64,000 nt of DNA from Malacoraja senta (Eukaryota): the NCBI GenBank assembly GCA_038087875.1, contig CM075981.1, forward strand, positions 682,001 to 746,000, in the 5' to 3' direction. Of the stretch, positions 61,470 to 64,000 are shown in pieces. The translations under genes and the position numbers were made by a program. The notes under the pieces were generated by a model. The model made no database searches. It was not told the DNA's origin and saw only the letters and a program-made list of their open reading frames with translations. Every line of letters begins with the position of its first letter. Position 1 is the stretch's first letter.

Positions 61470-63400
61470 ACTCAAGAGGTAGGTGGACCTGGTTCTCATG
61501 GGAACATACTAACTGGATTAAGTCCAAAAGTTGGAGGCAGGTTACATTTCTTCTATAATAATTGGAAGAAAATTACTTCAGATGTGGTAATCCTGAATAA
61601 TATACAAGGATTTCGAATTGAATTCAATCCAAATTATGATTTGCCTGTTCAGCATGTTACTAGCCGAACTCTGCACTTTGTACAAAAAGAAGTGATAGAG
61701 GTTCAGGTTGCAATTGAAACCCTATATAAAAAAGGGGTTATTGAAAAATCAGTCTACCAAAGTCACGAATTTGTGTCAAATATATTCCCTCGATCAAAAA
61801 AGGATGGAGGATGTAGGATTCTTGTAGATTTGATAAATCTGAATCCTTTTGTGCAATTTAGACATTTTAAAATGGAAACATTTGTGACTGCCAAACAGCT
61901 TATTTCAGAAGCATGTTATATGGCAACTATAGACTTGAAAGATGCATATTATTCAGTGTTTGTTCATTCAGAAGATAGGAAGTATCTTAAATTTAAATGG
62001 ATGAACCAGTTGTGGCAGTTCAAAGCTCTGCCTAATGGGTTAATATCTGCACCCAGAATATTCACAAAATTGTTAAAACCAATTCTGGGCTTGCTGAGTA
62101 GCCAGGGGCATGTACTAATGGCATATTTGGATGATGTCTTATTTATAGGAAAGACAAAACAGTCAACAGAAGTATCTGTTGCAGTTGTGAAATCAACTTT
62201 TGAAAATTTGGGGTTTCTAATTCATCCACAGAAATCTAGGTTAACACCATGTACCTCTATTAATTATTTGGGGTTCACAATTGATTCAGTCCAAATGAAT
62301 ATTACTTTGCCCAGGGAAAAGGGTGGATTTGATTAAAGATTGCAGTAATCTCCTAAACGAGCAAAAACCTTCAATTAGACAGGTGGCTCGTGTACTGGGA
62401 AAATTAGTAGCAGCATTCCCAGCAGTCCAATTCGGACCATTACATTATCAACAGCTGCAGAGACTTAAAGAACAGGCACCGAGAATGCATGTTGGTCATT
62501 TTGATAGAACCATGCAACTAACAACAAATGCTGTTTCTGATCTGCAGTGGTGGATTCTACATGTCTCAAGCAGTTCCAGCAAAGTGCTGATTGAACAACC
62601 TTCCATGATATTACAAACTGATGCCAGTGCACCAGGATGGGGTGCAACTGACTTAACATCTAGCTGAGAAGGCAGATGGAATCAGGAAGAGTCATTGTTA
62701 CTGCAGACATGGGGAATTAACTATTTGGAGCTTCTAGGATGTTTCTATGGGCTCCAAGCTTATTGTTCTAACACAACTAATAAGCATGTTCAAGTTCAAC
62801 AACAGTAGTTGTTTATATTAATGATATGGAATTAAGTCGGTGTCTTGTGACAAAATGGTTAATCAACTTTGGGCTTGGTGTATTGAAAAGAACATTTGGA
62901 TTTCAGCTATCTATCTACCAGGTAGAATGAACGCTAGCAGACACCAGGTCACGAAAAGTTCCATGATAATAAAGAATGGATGTTGAATCAAGGGGTATTC
63001 AATGATATAGTCATCAGATTTGGAATGACCGACATCGACTTGAATCATCAGCTATCGAGATATGTCTCATGGAAACCAGATCCAGGAGCAGTGGCGATTG
63101 ATGCTTTCTCGCTACATTGGGGTGGTATGTTTTCATATATATTTCCACCTTTCTGCTTCATAAGCCAATGTTTGCTTAAAATCAGGCAAGATGCTGCTTC
63201 AAGGGTATTGGTAGTACCAGATTGGCCTACACAGCCATGGTATCCGTTGATATTAGAATTTACAACACAAATGTTGATGAAAGTCCCAAAAAAGAGTAAT
63301 TTATTGCTGTACCCTGTACAGGGGAACAACATCCATTATATGATCGTTTGGATTTGTTGATTTGCAGGTTTTAAGAATGCCTTTTCTGGGACGAGGACTG
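61470..63400 (+). pseudogene. DIRS RT-RNase H-methyltransferase-like ORF, frameshifted
   Basis: ORF fragments 61176..62336, 62323..62667 and 62980..63360. Confidence 0.9.
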
Positions 63401-64000
63401 TCTGAGCATACTGTGGACATGCTTACGGCAGCCTGGAGGAAGAGCACTCAAAAACAGTACCTTTCTTATATTAAGAAATGGGAAGAGTTCTGGGTACAAA
63501 AGAATGTGCAATAAAGTACTGCAGATATTTCAAATGTTTAGAATTTCTGTCAAAACTTTATTATGATGAAGGTCTGAGTTGTAGTGCAATTAATTCAGCC
63601 AGAAGTGCATTGTCCTCATATTTGGTTCTGGATTCAGAAAGAAACTCAATTGGGTCACACCCAATTGTTTCCAGACTAATGAAAGGAATCTTTAATTCCA
63701 AACCACCGAAACCTAGGTACGTGACAATCTGGGATGTAAGTGTGGTACTGAAACTACTTCGTGATGGTCATCAAGTGTGTCTTTACCTTTGGTCAAGCTC
63801 AGTATGAAAGTATTCATGTTTATGGCATGAGTGACAGCACAACGAGTGCAAACACTTGGAAAATTACAAATAGACAGTATGGAAGTAACTAAAGACAAGG
63901 TTACATTCTATATCTATGACCTACTAAAGCAAATTAGGCCAGGTGTGACAGGATTTAAAATTATGCTAGCAGCATATCCAAATGATCCATGTCTCTGTAT
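63370..64000 (+). pseudogene. DIRS tyrosine recombinase ORF (N-terminal part), frameshifted
   Basis: LSEHTVDMLTAAWRKSTQKQY...W, then ORF 63478..63807 ending PRYVTIWDVSVVL. Confidence 0.85.

Larger units (their letters stand above)
60074..64000 (+). mobile_element. DIRS-type tyrosine-recombinase retrotransposon, defective, extends past the window end
   Basis: TTT start; gag remnants, RT (IDLKDAYY, LPNGL, YLDD), RNase H (TDAS...GWG), MT-like domain (YIFPPF...VVPDWPTQPWY), YR N-terminus (INSARSALS, HPIVSRLMKGIFN). Confidence 0.93.

Overview
Eukaryotic, repeat-dense vertebrate DNA, inferred to be cartilaginous fish (probably skate/ray) from its CR1 LINE, tRNA-derived V-SINE, Penelope-like, L1, Tc1 and DIRS content. 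It is part of a tandem cluster of single-Ig-V immune receptor genes of the CD300/pIgR/TREM-like class (MDIR-like in skates) on the minus strand. Reading splice sites by hand gave two gene models that the ORF track mostly misses: leader, V domain, Ser/Thr stalk, Arg-containing transmembrane exon and a very short tail (gene 1 about 17134-26267, gene 2 about 49500-58568). The genes sit in a ~32.37 kb tandem repeat. Positions 1-~22410 and 32366-~54775 are about 99.9% identical, and identity drops abruptly at a G-rich tract in the V-stalk intron. The two receptors therefore share an identical stalk/TM/tail but carry divergent V domains (11 aa differences, mostly nonsynonymous changes), which suggests ectodomain swapping by unequal crossover. 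Both V domains have the family C-x7-C disulfide replaced by S-x7-S. Nested older duplications carry an orphan alternative stalk exon (6 copies). The window also holds two full-length but disabled L1s plus an internally deleted copy, Tc1 elements interrupted by CR1, Penelope-like ends with decayed minimal hammerhead ribozyme motifs, a solo LTR, an inverted block and the 5' part of a DIRS tyrosine-recombinase retrotransposon. All counts are by eye, and nothing was searched against databases.
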